Shown: positions 39,500-49,367 of the stretch, piece after piece
How the letters are laid out: every line of letters begins with the position of its first letter
How positions within the stretch are numbered: position 1 is the stretch's first letter
Assembly (NCBI GenBank): GCA_963674595.2
Contig: CAXXFV010000004.1
Coordinates: 320,001-384,000, forward strand
Direction: 5' to 3'
Origin: a bacterium
Lineage (GTDB): Bacteria > Zhuqueibacterota > Zhuqueibacteria > Residuimicrobiales > Krinioviventaceae
Length of the DNA: 64,000 nucleotides
Program-made: the position numbers and the translations under genes
Notes under the pieces: generated by a model
Database searches by the model: none
The model's input: only the letters and a program-made list of their open reading frames with translations
What the model was told of the DNA's origin: nothing

Positions 39500-40639
39500 A
39501 TGATTTTTTTTGTGTTATTCTCCATTGTTATCATTATTGGTGTTTTTGAACGGTTTGTATTAAATATATACCAAAAAAGAATTCCTTACAGGATTTTGGT
39601 GAACGGTACACGTGGTAAATCTTCAATAACACGATTGATTACCGCTGCTTTACAACAAAATGGATTCAAAGTTCTTGCAAAAACAAGCGGCACTGATACA
39701 ATGCTTATTTTGCCGGATGGAACAGAAAATAAAGTCAGAAGAACAGGTATTGCCACCGTTGCTGAACAAATGACAGTGATAAAATATGCTACCCGGCAAA
39801 AGGTTCAGGTTCTGGTTATCGAATGCATGTCATTGCGTCCTTCACTGCAGCAAATAGAATCACAGGTAATTATTAAACCACATATTACTGTTATTTCCAA
39901 TGTCCGGCCGGACCATCTTGATGTGTCCGGTTCTACTCTGCAGGAAATTGCTTCCACGTTTTCTCAAACAATACCCAGGCATGGGATTGTTATTACAGCC
40001 GAACAGACCTTTGATTATATTCTACAAAATATTGCCGACTTGCGCAACTCACAATTGAAAAAAATTACATCCAGCCAAAATATTGATACAACAGGATTTT
40101 CTTATTTTGAGCATGAAGATAATATTGAAATTGCCATAGCGGTATGTGAGCAATTAGGTTTGAATCGAAACCTGGTGTTGCCGAGTTTTAAAAATGTGAT
40201 CCCGGATAGAGGCGTATTAAGGCGCTTTACGGCCTATGTAGAAGAAAAAAAAATTAATTTTGTAAACGCCTTTGCAGCGAATGATATTGTTTCCACAAAA
40301 ATAATTTTTGAAAAATTGAATATTACATGTAACTATATTCTTGTTGTTAATTTGCGAAAAGAGAGGCCGCATCGGACCTTAGATATGCTGGAATTATTAC
40401 CCGGTTTGTCTGATGCCGTTTTTTTTGTTTTTATCGGAGATTATGTTTCTGTTTCAAATTACCTGAAAAATTCAGGCATTGATCAAAATAAAGTACTTTA
40501 TATGTTCCAAAAAGAAAAAGAGGAAATTATTCGCCTGTTAGGAAAAATTGCTCAAGATGAAACCACCCTGGTGGGAATCGGTAATATAAAAGGTATAGGG
40601 GGAGAACTTGTTGACTGGTTTCAAAAACAGTCCCTGTAG
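39500..40639 (+). CDS. capB: Poly-gamma-glutamate synthase CapB/PgsB-like Mur-ligase-family protein
   Basis: N-terminal TM, RILVNGTRGKSSITRLI, AKTSGT, IECMSLRP, NVRPDHLD, FVNAFAAND, GIGNIKGIG. Confidence 0.85.
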   Translation: MIFFVLFSIVIIIGVFERFVLNIYQKRIPYRILVNGTRGKSSITRLITAALQQNGFKVLAKTSGTDTMLILPDGTENKVRRTGIATVAEQMTVIKYATRQKVQVLVIECMSLRPSLQQIESQVIIKPHITVISNVRPDHLDVSGSTLQEIASTFSQTIPRHGIVITAEQTFDYILQNIADLRNSQLKKITSSQNIDTTGFSYFEHEDNIEIAIAVCEQLGLNRNLVLPSFKNVIPDRGVLRRFTAYVEEKKINFVNAFAANDIVSTKIIFEKLNITCNYILVVNLRKERPHRTLDMLELLPGLSDAVFFVFIGDYVSVSNYLKNSGIDQNKVLYMFQKEKEEIIRLLGKIAQDETTLVGIGNIKGIGGELVDWFQKQSL

Positions 40640-40645
40640 AGTGCA

Positions 40646-43600
40646 TTACCACTCATATTTAAAAATGATATCAAAACCGCTGTCCTTTGATGACCCTTCC
40701 AGCAATTGTAAAAATAAAAATTTGTTCACCTGATATTCAAGAGTCACATTTTCCGGGACAAAATCGTCGTCTACATTTTCACCAAAGCCTTTTTGGTAGC
40801 TTAGAAACAAATCGTTTGTTAAATATTTTCCAACATAAAAGGCAGCATTTTGCCAGCTATCCTGCCCCTTTATTTCGATAAAATCAAGATTAAACTTTTT
40901 TCCCAATGTTTTGGAAAGTTGAGCGGACAGCAAATTTGTAAAAATACCTCCGGCAATACCACCTGTACCGGTACTGGATGCTAAAGTCTTTTTTTGTCCG
41001 GTTGAAATTTGATGAATGCTTTGACCGAACATAATGTAGGATAATGCATCTCCTTCGGTAATGGTTTGTTCATCCAGTTTAAAACTTAACGCCGGAGATT
41101 TAGCCGCTCCCTGAACAGTGATATATAATGTATGCTTTTCTTTCATCCCGTCCCGGAATACATAACTCGTATTTATTTCAACATTGGGATTGCTGAAATC
41201 ACCTCCCTGGAATGTAATGGTACCATCAATAACCGAAAACCGCCTGCCGTAAAGTTCATAAAATCCCCTAACTATTTTTAATTGGCCAAATAGTTCCGTC
41301 TTTTTTCGGTTTTTTACAAGATCAAGATCACCTGAAATTTCAAAACGCATATCCGGACTTTTTATCCATGTGTTTCTGGGAATTTTAACTTTATACTTTC
41401 CTGACATATTTTCCCAGATATTGGGTGAATCAGATTTTTGTGGTTTTTGTAGTTCCGCAATTCGTTCACGCTTAAAAACGGAATCTGTTTTAAATGCCTT
41501 TTGGGCCTGAACTAAAAGCGGTCTGTTTTGCGGCATCGGTGTTTGAGACTGATCAAGTGCCGGTAAATAAAAGCTGGAACGTTGAACCGTCATACCACCA
41601 TTAAAAAGGAGTGAATCCGGTGTTCCATTAAAAGTCGATTGGCCGGTAACCTGTAATTCATAGTTATTGTTTTTTACCAGATAAAAATCTTTTAACGACA
41701 GATCCAGGTCCGACGATTGAATAAATCCTGTTACAGCGTTTGGATTATATTTGACATATCCGGATGCCTTGATAATTCCTTTATCTCTAAATGCATTAAA
41801 CTCTTTAATTTGAATTTTATCCTGTTCAGCACTCAATAAAAGATTTATATCTTTATAATCTATACCCCATTTCGGCAACTGAACATGACCCTTTGTCAAG
41901 TTAACATAACCATCCAATATGGGTTTTTCCAACGTATTTTTTACCTGAAGATCACTTATCAGGCTGCCTTCCAGTTGTCCGATATTTTGATTTTTATATA
42001 GATTTTCGAGTGATATCGGGCTGGTTTTTAATTTCAGGTCAAGTGGTTTATCTTTTACGAAAACCGGCCCGGGATTGGTAAAGGAAAATAAAACAGGCAC
42101 TGTCCCCTTGAATTGAAGGGTGTCCTTTTTGCTCGTAGCCATATTCAGCAAACAGGACAGAGAATTATCATAAAAATTAAAATCGGTATTTATAAAATTC
42201 ATTTTTATATAGTTTTTGTATTTAATATCCCTGGCCTGAATTTTTCCTTTAATTTCCGGAGCAATTGCCGTCCCCTGAACCTTTATTTCCGCATCAATAA
42301 AACCCTGTGGAATAAAGACCGAATTTTCAAAATAAACATTTGACAGATTGATATTCAGATTCTCGTCGCCCTTTGTGCTGAAAAATCCGTCAATCGCTAA
42401 TTTACCGGACACGTTGTTTTTAATTTTTGATAAATTGAAATGACGAATCGTATAATTTGTATCAGATATGGTAATATAGGTGGAATCACTTCCTCCTGAC
42501 CATTGATTTTGAAAAAATGTAATTTCAAAACTGGGAATGTGAAAAGTCAAAAGGCCGTCCATTTTCGTATCTATTTCCGTTGATAAAGAAAGAGAATCGG
42601 ATATTTGAACAGCCAGTTTTGAATTTATGTTTCCATCCTCAACCAAAGATTTTAAACCGAGTTTATCTATATTAAATGTCCCGCTGGAAAATTTAATACA
42701 ATCGAGTTCTGCGGAACCGGCAAAATCATTCGTTGTTTTTAACATTTTTAAATTACCTTTTAAAGAATCTGCTTTGCCAAAGTTGGAATGAATGTCGGTG
42801 ATCAGCATGGAAAGGTCATTGTATAAAGAGTCCGGAGGGCCGGTGATTTTACCGGTTATTTGTCCTGATGCGCTTAATGAATCCGTTATTGCAGGTAATG
42901 ATGTCAGGTCTTTAAATAAAATATCATAATTAAAATTTAAACTGTTTTCCGTATAATCACCGTTTGCGTTTAAATCGGCGATATTTGTTACAATGAAAAG
43001 TGAATCCAGAGAAATGTCTGTTGATTGTAAATGAGCCGAACCTGACAGAGTATCTATTTTTATCTGATGAAACTGAGACCCGGAGCCATTACATAGAATA
43101 TTTATATCAGGATTTTTAAATTTCGGAAAATTTCCGAAAGCTGAAATGTTAATATTTAAATCTGATAAAAGAGAATCTTTATTCAACGGGATGGCTGTGT
43201 TACCGTTTTCTAGTGAACCATAAAATTGAAAAACATTTTCTGAAAGCAGTTTTTTAACATTTAGCTGCGTATAGAGTTTTGCAAACGGTGAATAAAATTT
43301 TAAATTATTTTCCAGTTTATTCCCAACAATAAGACCATTCATGTTCAAAGAATCAATTTTATAGTGATTGTAAAAGCAGTCGGTAAAATTTGCATTATAT
43401 TGTGTATTTAAATTTTTTAAATCTAAACCGCTGCCGTCTATAGTCAGATGACCGTTTAATTTTGTTTTTTGATGAGAGTCTAAAAACCATTGATGAAGCA
43501 GCATGTTTTCAAAATTTACCTGAATATTATAAAACAGGGACGGCCATTCTTTATTTAAAATTTGGGCAAAGGGAAAAATTTTACCTGTAATAAATAATTT

Positions 43601-44479
43601 TTGGTCCTCATCTGTTAATTGGATGGAGAGATAAACAGAGTCATTTTTGGTTTTTGTATTTAAATGAATTTTGGGATGGTTTTTTATATAAATATCCGGC
43701 AGGACAAACTGAAATTCTTCCATAGAAACGGGCCGGGTATCCAGTTCAGCTGAAATTTGTAACGAGTCTTTTTCAGAAAAACCGGCATTTATTGAAATTT
43801 GATTTTGCGCTGTTTGAATTGAAAAATCACTCAATTTGATAATGTCATTACTTTCTTCGAGTGAGAACAGACATTGTTTAATTGAGAAATCCGGGTTTTG
43901 CGTTTTTAATGAAAGGTTTAAAAGGTTTATCTTTTTTAACTGATTTGAATATAAAGCGGACATTGACAAATCCAGATCTGATATCTGGAACGGATGTTGT
44001 TGTTGATGTAATAACATGGATAGGTATGCGTTCAGGATGTTCAGAGAATGTACATCTATTGTAAATGGAAAATCGGTTGGCTTTTTCTCCGGCTGTTTTT
44101 CGTCCTGCTGAGGTGGGTTTTTGATAACGTTTTGCTTTTGATAATTAATTTTTGGTGAACGGATGGAAATGTTTTCAATATAAATTTTTTTATGTAATAA
44201 TGATACCGGGCGCCATTTTATGGATAATTGGGGGACAGTTAACAGTGTGTCGGTTTCATCATTGAATTGAATATTTGAAAAGTTAATAGTATGAAAAAGA
44301 TTGCCATCCAGTTTTTCTATTGAACAATCCAGGCCTGTTAAATTGTTCAACTGATCTGTTACCAGTGATTTGATTTTGTTCTTGAAAAATTTTGTTTGGC
44401 TGACGCCCAAAAAAATAACACATAACAATAGACATGCTGCTATAATATAAAGCAAAGATTTTAGGATAAATTGTTTCAT
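40646..44479 (-). CDS. tamB: Translocation/assembly module TamB (AsmA-like)
   Basis: N-terminal TM anchor, long beta-rich body, C-terminal G.Y.LYGRRF..G.ITFQG..NP, VGKYL, GFDIIFKYEW. Confidence 0.85.
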   Translation of the reverse strand: MKQFILKSLLYIIAACLLLCVIFLGVSQTKFFKNKIKSLVTDQLNNLTGLDCSIEKLDGNLFHTINFSNIQFNDETDTLLTVPQLSIKWRPVSLLHKKIYIENISIRSPKINYQKQNVIKNPPQQDEKQPEKKPTDFPFTIDVHSLNILNAYLSMLLHQQQHPFQISDLDLSMSALYSNQLKKINLLNLSLKTQNPDFSIKQCLFSLEESNDIIKLSDFSIQTAQNQISINAGFSEKDSLQISAELDTRPVSMEEFQFVLPDIYIKNHPKIHLNTKTKNDSVYLSIQLTDEDQKLFITGKIFPFAQILNKEWPSLFYNIQVNFENMLLHQWFLDSHQKTKLNGHLTIDGSGLDLKNLNTQYNANFTDCFYNHYKIDSLNMNGLIVGNKLENNLKFYSPFAKLYTQLNVKKLLSENVFQFYGSLENGNTAIPLNKDSLLSDLNINISAFGNFPKFKNPDINILCNGSGSQFHQIKIDTLSGSAHLQSTDISLDSLFIVTNIADLNANGDYTENSLNFNYDILFKDLTSLPAITDSLSASGQITGKITGPPDSLYNDLSMLITDIHSNFGKADSLKGNLKMLKTTNDFAGSAELDCIKFSSGTFNIDKLGLKSLVEDGNINSKLAVQISDSLSLSTEIDTKMDGLLTFHIPSFEITFFQNQWSGGSDSTYITISDTNYTIRHFNLSKIKNNVSGKLAIDGFFSTKGDENLNINLSNVYFENSVFIPQGFIDAEIKVQGTAIAPEIKGKIQARDIKYKNYIKMNFINTDFNFYDNSLSCLLNMATSKKDTLQFKGTVPVLFSFTNPGPVFVKDKPLDLKLKTSPISLENLYKNQNIGQLEGSLISDLQVKNTLEKPILDGYVNLTKGHVQLPKWGIDYKDINLLLSAEQDKIQIKEFNAFRDKGIIKASGYVKYNPNAVTGFIQSSDLDLSLKDFYLVKNNNYELQVTGQSTFNGTPDSLLFNGGMTVQRSSFYLPALDQSQTPMPQNRPLLVQAQKAFKTDSVFKRERIAELQKPQKSDSPNIWENMSGKYKVKIPRNTWIKSPDMRFEISGDLDLVKNRKKTELFGQLKIVRGFYELYGRRFSVIDGTITFQGGDFSNPNVEINTSYVFRDGMKEKHTLYITVQGAAKSPALSFKLDEQTITEGDALSYIMFGQSIHQISTGQKKTLASSTGTGGIAGGIFTNLLSAQLSKTLGKKFNLDFIEIKGQDSWQNAAFYVGKYLTNDLFLSYQKGFGENVDDDFVPENVTLEYQVNKFLFLQLLEGSSKDSGFDIIFKYEW

Positions 44480-44481
44480 TT

Positions 44482-46335
44482 TTAAAAAGCCTGCCCAACG
44501 CTGATGTGTATTTGTACATTGTTTTCGTTATCCCATACAGGACGGCCAAGGTCAATTCTTACCGGCCCTATGGGAGTTTTGTAACGAAGTCCGCCGCCGG
44601 CTGCATATCGTATTTCATTCACAGAGATGTGGGAAGCAGAATTCCATACATTTCCCATGTCATAAAAAACAACACCGGATAAAGGACCGATGATTGGAAA
44701 ACGCCATTCAATACTTTGTTCAAATAGTCCGTTTCCTCCTGTCGGAATGCCGTTTTTTTTCGGTCCAAGCTGGGCCCTTAACCATCCTCTTACGGAATAG
44801 GCGCCGCCGCTAAAAAACCGATCTTCATAAGGAATGAAATTATGAGCATCACGGGAGGTAACGGCCCCGGTTTTTATCCGCCAGGCAAAAACCGTTTGAT
44901 ATGTTTTTATATACCTGCGATGTTCGAAAAGGATTTTTGTAAAATGAAATGTACTTTTTAATCCAAGTCCGCTGTATTTTAGGTTTAGCGCTGTATACGA
45001 TCCGGTCTCTGGTGAAAAAAGGGGAAATGAATTATCGTAGGTCATGCTCCAGTTGATGGAGGATTTGTTATATAATTGGTTGTCCTGAATGAGTTGTGTT
45101 TCAGTTATCATATTATTTAACAACTGGTGTTTTACCCGTTCAAATGTGTAACCGATTGTTCCGTTCAGATGTTGTGAAAATTGTATTTGAACAGGAACGT
45201 CAACACCAAATTCTTCAATAACATACCCCGGTTCTTTTTCTTTTTGTATAAATGGATTTATAACAAGATTTGTTTTATGATAAAGAAACATGGGTTGGTG
45301 CCATGCAACATCTAAATGATAAGGTTCCAGATAAGAGTGTTTAAAATTTATTATCGCCCGCCGTGCGCTGTTAAAAAGCCCGATTCTTTGAAACCGGCAA
45401 AAAACCCGAAATCTGTCCTCACGACCATAACCGGCACCAAATTTTATGGATTTTTGGGGAGACTCTTTGACATAAACAGTAACCGGAATTTTTGTGTTTT
45501 GCTGCGGTTCCAGGTTCGCCTGCAAGCTGACAATTTGAAACAACCCGGTGGCATATAAATTTTCCTGGGTTTTCTCCATTAACTGTTGGTTATAAACATC
45601 ACCGGTTTTGAAGGGTATTAATTTATTAATAAATGAACTTTGAACTTTATTGTTTCCCTCCTGGACGATTTGTGAAAAAACGCACTTTAGGCCGGAAACA
45701 ATTTCCCAGGAAAGATTTAGTTCGTTGGTGTTTGTTATTTTTAAAGTGGAATTTATTTTTATATAGGGGTAGCCAATGTTTTGAAAATAATTTATAATAA
45801 ATTGTTTGTCGGCATGAAATAACCGATCTTTAAAAAGAGTATTTTTTTTCAAATTCAATTTGGGTTCAATGGCCGATAAAGCTTGCTGCCATGCAGAGTC
45901 CGGAATGGAATTTTCATGGTTAAAAACCAGCTCTTTAACAAAAACCGGTTCGTTTTCATCAATCTGAATGTGGATTTCTACTTTGTCTTTTTCAACTTTT
46001 TTAATTTCCCGGATTTTAACATTGGCATGTAAATATCCCTCTTTTTGATAAAAAATTAAAAGACGGTCAAGATCGTTTTCCAGGATTTCACGACTGAATA
46101 AAAACGGAGATTTTCGTTTAATGGTTTTTTGAAACCACGAACGCGTATACATTGAAACTTGACGCAATAGTTCCGGTTTTGTAAAATGATGATTTCCATA
46201 AAATTCAATTTTTGTAACAACACTGTTTTCCTGTGCCTGAGAAAAAAATGGTAAACAAAAACACAGCACAGCACATATCGTTAGTTTTGCAAAAAAATTA
46301 TGAAAATCCATAAATAATGGAATTCTTTTAATCAT
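44482..46335 (-). CDS. tamA: Omp85-family TamA/BamA outer-membrane protein
   Basis: POTRA repeats, RFFSGGAYSVRGW, GLRYKTPIGPVRIDLG, terminal SVGQAF; adjacent to tamB. Confidence 0.85.
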   Translation of the reverse strand: MIKRIPLFMDFHNFFAKLTICAVLCFCLPFFSQAQENSVVTKIEFYGNHHFTKPELLRQVSMYTRSWFQKTIKRKSPFLFSREILENDLDRLLIFYQKEGYLHANVKIREIKKVEKDKVEIHIQIDENEPVFVKELVFNHENSIPDSAWQQALSAIEPKLNLKKNTLFKDRLFHADKQFIINYFQNIGYPYIKINSTLKITNTNELNLSWEIVSGLKCVFSQIVQEGNNKVQSSFINKLIPFKTGDVYNQQLMEKTQENLYATGLFQIVSLQANLEPQQNTKIPVTVYVKESPQKSIKFGAGYGREDRFRVFCRFQRIGLFNSARRAIINFKHSYLEPYHLDVAWHQPMFLYHKTNLVINPFIQKEKEPGYVIEEFGVDVPVQIQFSQHLNGTIGYTFERVKHQLLNNMITETQLIQDNQLYNKSSINWSMTYDNSFPLFSPETGSYTALNLKYSGLGLKSTFHFTKILFEHRRYIKTYQTVFAWRIKTGAVTSRDAHNFIPYEDRFFSGGAYSVRGWLRAQLGPKKNGIPTGGNGLFEQSIEWRFPIIGPLSGVVFYDMGNVWNSASHISVNEIRYAAGGGLRYKTPIGPVRIDLGRPVWDNENNVQIHISVGQAF

Positions 46336-46383
46336 TGCAGTTTGGGCAATTGTGCTTATTAGAATTTTTTAAAAGAGTGATTT

Positions 46384-48951
46384 TTATTCGTTATACCAGG
46401 TAATAAGACCCATTTCATGTGGATTTAAAAAATTATCATTCTTTGGGTAAACACGAACCGACAAACCATGTTGACCGGTATGGTTGCAATTTACATCCGC
46501 TTTGTAAATAAAAATATTTTCCTTTTGCTCTGCAAGAGACATTACCATGGTTTGACCGTTAATGATCTGACCATGATAATCCAACTGACCATAAAAAACC
46601 TCTACATTAACATCATCAGGTAAAAGTCGTCCGAGAATTAAATCGGCATGAACCTGAATTTGATCACCAACTTTAACATTTGTTTTGTTAAAATGATTCA
46701 CGTTTTGGATTTTAATTTCATTCCAATATAGTTTTATATTGTTTTTCCATGCTAAAAGTTCCTGAACTGTTTTAAAATGGTCTGTGGAAAATTTTTCCCA
46801 GCTTTTATTACAGGGGATGTAAAATTTTTCGAGATAATTGCTAACCATTCTATTGGTGTTAAAAACAGGACACGTTTTTCGCATACTGTTTTTCATCATG
46901 GCAACCCATTGTCGTGGAATTCCGTTTCCTCGGCGGTTGTAAAAGAGAGGAATAACTTCATTTTCCAAAAGATGATACAATGCTTCCGATTCCATCATAT
47001 CCTGTTCTTCGGCATTTTGATAAGATTCGCCAAGACCTATTGACCAGCCCATATTGTTTTGATAGGCTTCATCCCACCATCCGTCGGGAATGCTGAGGTT
47101 TAGGGCACCGTTGGCTCCGGCTTTCATTCCGCTGGTTCCACTGGCTTCTCTGGGTCGAACCGGATTGTTAAGCCAAACATCCACACCCTGAACCAGGTAA
47201 GAGGCTGTTTGCATATCGTAATTTTCAACAAAGACAATATGTTGTCTAAATTCTTCAGAGCGGGCAATATTGGCAATGTCCCTGATTATTTTTTTTGCAT
47301 TATTATCCCGGGGATGGGCTTTTCCGGCAATAATTATTTGCACGGGCATGTCTTTATTTGTGAGGATTTTTAATAATCGTTCCTTATCTCTAAACAGCAG
47401 GTAAGCCCTTTTATACATTGCAAATCGACGGGCAAAACCTATTGTCAGCGCTTCCGGATTAAGAACTTCGTTTGCTTCTTCAATTGTTAGTGGATTTGCT
47501 CCGGAATTTTTTAATTGTTGTTTTAATTTATGTCTGGTAACAGCAACCAGTCTTTCCCGTCTGCGTTCATGGGTGCGCCAAAGTTCTTCATCGGGTATGT
47601 TTTGTATTCTACTCCATTGTTTTAAGTTGGTATAACTTCGGTACCATTTTGAACCGAGGTACCGGTTAAAAAGTTCGGCCATATCTGCAGATATCCAGGT
47701 TCTGATATGAACCCCATTCGTAATATGACTGATCGGTATTTCATTCGTCGGCACATTCGGCCATAAATATCCCCACATTTCCCGGGCTACTTTACCATGC
47801 AATCGGCTGACGCCGTTATAGAATCCTGCCATGTTAATGGCAAATATTGCCATGTTAAAGTGACCATTGGTTTCTTTCAGATGAACGCCGCCTAATTGAT
47901 GAAATTGTGTTGGTGAAAGATTAATAGATTTATAATAATGTGAAAGATAGGTATCCACAAGGTCGGGAGAAAACTCGTCTATCCCTGCCGGAACAGGAGT
48001 ATGCGTTGTAAATAACGTTCCGGCCCTTACTGTTTCTTTTGTTTGTTCAAATGATAAATTTTGATCTTTATTTTGTTCCATTAAAAATTTGGCTCGTTCA
48101 AGGGCCAGAAAAGCCGAATGGCCTTCATTCATGTGACAAACTGTCGGATGTATATTTAAAGTGGTCAATGCTCTGAATCCGCCAATACCAAGAATTATTT
48201 CCTGTTTAATACGCATTTCATTATCACCTCCATAGAGTTGAGATGTAATGATTTGGTCATCAGGATGATTTTCAGCTACGTTCGTATCCAGTAAATACAG
48301 CGAAATTCTCCCGACTTGGGCTCGCCAAACCTGCGCTTTTACATTCCGTTTTGGAAATTCAACAGAAATGGTTAATGGTAATCCGTCTTTTGTCTTTTCC
48401 AAAGTTATCGGCAAATTAAAAAAATCATTTTTTGGATAGATTTCCTGCTGCCATCCGTCTTTGGACAGATATTGTTGAAAATATCCTTCCTGGTAAAGCA
48501 GGCCGACAGCAACGAGCGGCAGGCCTAAATCGCTGGCTGATTTTAAATGGTCTGCTGCTAAAATTCCCAGACCACCTGAATAAATCGGCAGACCCTTTGC
48601 TAATCCATATTCCATAGAAAAATATCCAACCTTTAGGCTCTTGTGTTCCGGGTAGGTTTTATCAAACCATGATTGGCGATTCAAATGGTCGTACAGGTTT
48701 TCTTTAACCCTTTCCAAATGGGAGAGAAAACCATCATCTGTGGCCAGGTTTTCGAGCCTGTTCTGATTAATACTTCCTAACAAGGCAACAGGGTTCCGGT
48801 TACAAGATTCCCACAAGTTTGAATCAAGACGACGAAACAAGGCTTCAGAATCATGGTCCCAGGACCAGTACAAATTATAGGCAAGTTCTTTTAAAAAAAG
48901 TAATTCCTTTGGTAGTGAAGCAACAACCCGAAATTTTTCAATTTTATACAT
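46384..48951 (-). CDS. glgP: Alpha-glucan (glycogen) phosphorylase
   Basis: LAYNLYWSW, YFSMEYGL, YSGGLGILAADHLK, HMNEGHS, GFARRF, EASGTSGMK. Confidence 0.95.
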   Translation of the reverse strand: MYKIEKFRVVASLPKELLFLKELAYNLYWSWDHDSEALFRRLDSNLWESCNRNPVALLGSINQNRLENLATDDGFLSHLERVKENLYDHLNRQSWFDKTYPEHKSLKVGYFSMEYGLAKGLPIYSGGLGILAADHLKSASDLGLPLVAVGLLYQEGYFQQYLSKDGWQQEIYPKNDFFNLPITLEKTKDGLPLTISVEFPKRNVKAQVWRAQVGRISLYLLDTNVAENHPDDQIITSQLYGGDNEMRIKQEIILGIGGFRALTTLNIHPTVCHMNEGHSAFLALERAKFLMEQNKDQNLSFEQTKETVRAGTLFTTHTPVPAGIDEFSPDLVDTYLSHYYKSINLSPTQFHQLGGVHLKETNGHFNMAIFAINMAGFYNGVSRLHGKVAREMWGYLWPNVPTNEIPISHITNGVHIRTWISADMAELFNRYLGSKWYRSYTNLKQWSRIQNIPDEELWRTHERRRERLVAVTRHKLKQQLKNSGANPLTIEEANEVLNPEALTIGFARRFAMYKRAYLLFRDKERLLKILTNKDMPVQIIIAGKAHPRDNNAKKIIRDIANIARSEEFRQHIVFVENYDMQTASYLVQGVDVWLNNPVRPREASGTSGMKAGANGALNLSIPDGWWDEAYQNNMGWSIGLGESYQNAEEQDMMESEALYHLLENEVIPLFYNRRGNGIPRQWVAMMKNSMRKTCPVFNTNRMVSNYLEKFYIPCNKSWEKFSTDHFKTVQELLAWKNNIKLYWNEIKIQNVNHFNKTNVKVGDQIQVHADLILGRLLPDDVNVEVFYGQLDYHGQIINGQTMVMSLAEQKENIFIYKADVNCNHTGQHGLSVRVYPKNDNFLNPHEMGLITWYNE

Positions 48952-49071
48952 AAATTTTTCCTGATTTTCAATTTTTGTTAAACAATTTAAACAATGACAA
49001 AAACATACGTATCTTTACAATTTAATTCAATGAAAATAACGCCATTCTTGAAACGAAAACATATCATTCAG

Positions 49072-49087
49072 TGGCATATAAATTGCT
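49072..49087 (+). promoter_or_regulatory. sigma-54 (-24/-12) promoter of the cohesin/dockerin cluster
   Basis: TGGCAT-ATAAA-TTGCT, i.e. GG-N10-GC, in an intergenic position. Confidence 0.7.
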
Positions 49088-49367
49088 TTATTTGGTTTGC
49101 TATATTGTTTCAGATAACAAACTTTAAAAGAAATTATTTCATGGAATTTTTAAAAACAAACAGAATTTTTAATATATAAAAAATAAAAGGTTATTAGTTT
49201 AAATTCGGCCTGTATATTATGACAGGTCATGGTTGGAAGGAGGTGGTTATCCACAGAGTTTTTATTTGTATCGCTTTGAGTTATCGTATCAACAGGATAC
49301 AAGTTTCACTTTTTTCACAAGATAATACTAAAGAATTAAAATACGTTCATTTAACCTATCGGAGGGT

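Noticed and set aside
45548-45561. GTGGCATATAAATT, identical to the sigma-54 promoter core at 49071-49084
   Set aside because: It lies inside tamA on the antisense strand and lacks the -12 GC; coincidental
48994-49179. 61-aa ORF in the glgP/cohesin intergenic region
   Set aside because: Very AT-rich, no RBS, and it overlaps the sigma-54 promoter; likely spurious
49247-49255. Perfect DnaA box TTATCCACA (another, reversed, at 16187-16195)
   Set aside because: These are isolated single boxes, and about one such hit is expected by chance in 64 kb of AT-rich DNA. There is no cluster or adjacent dnaA, so no oriC call.
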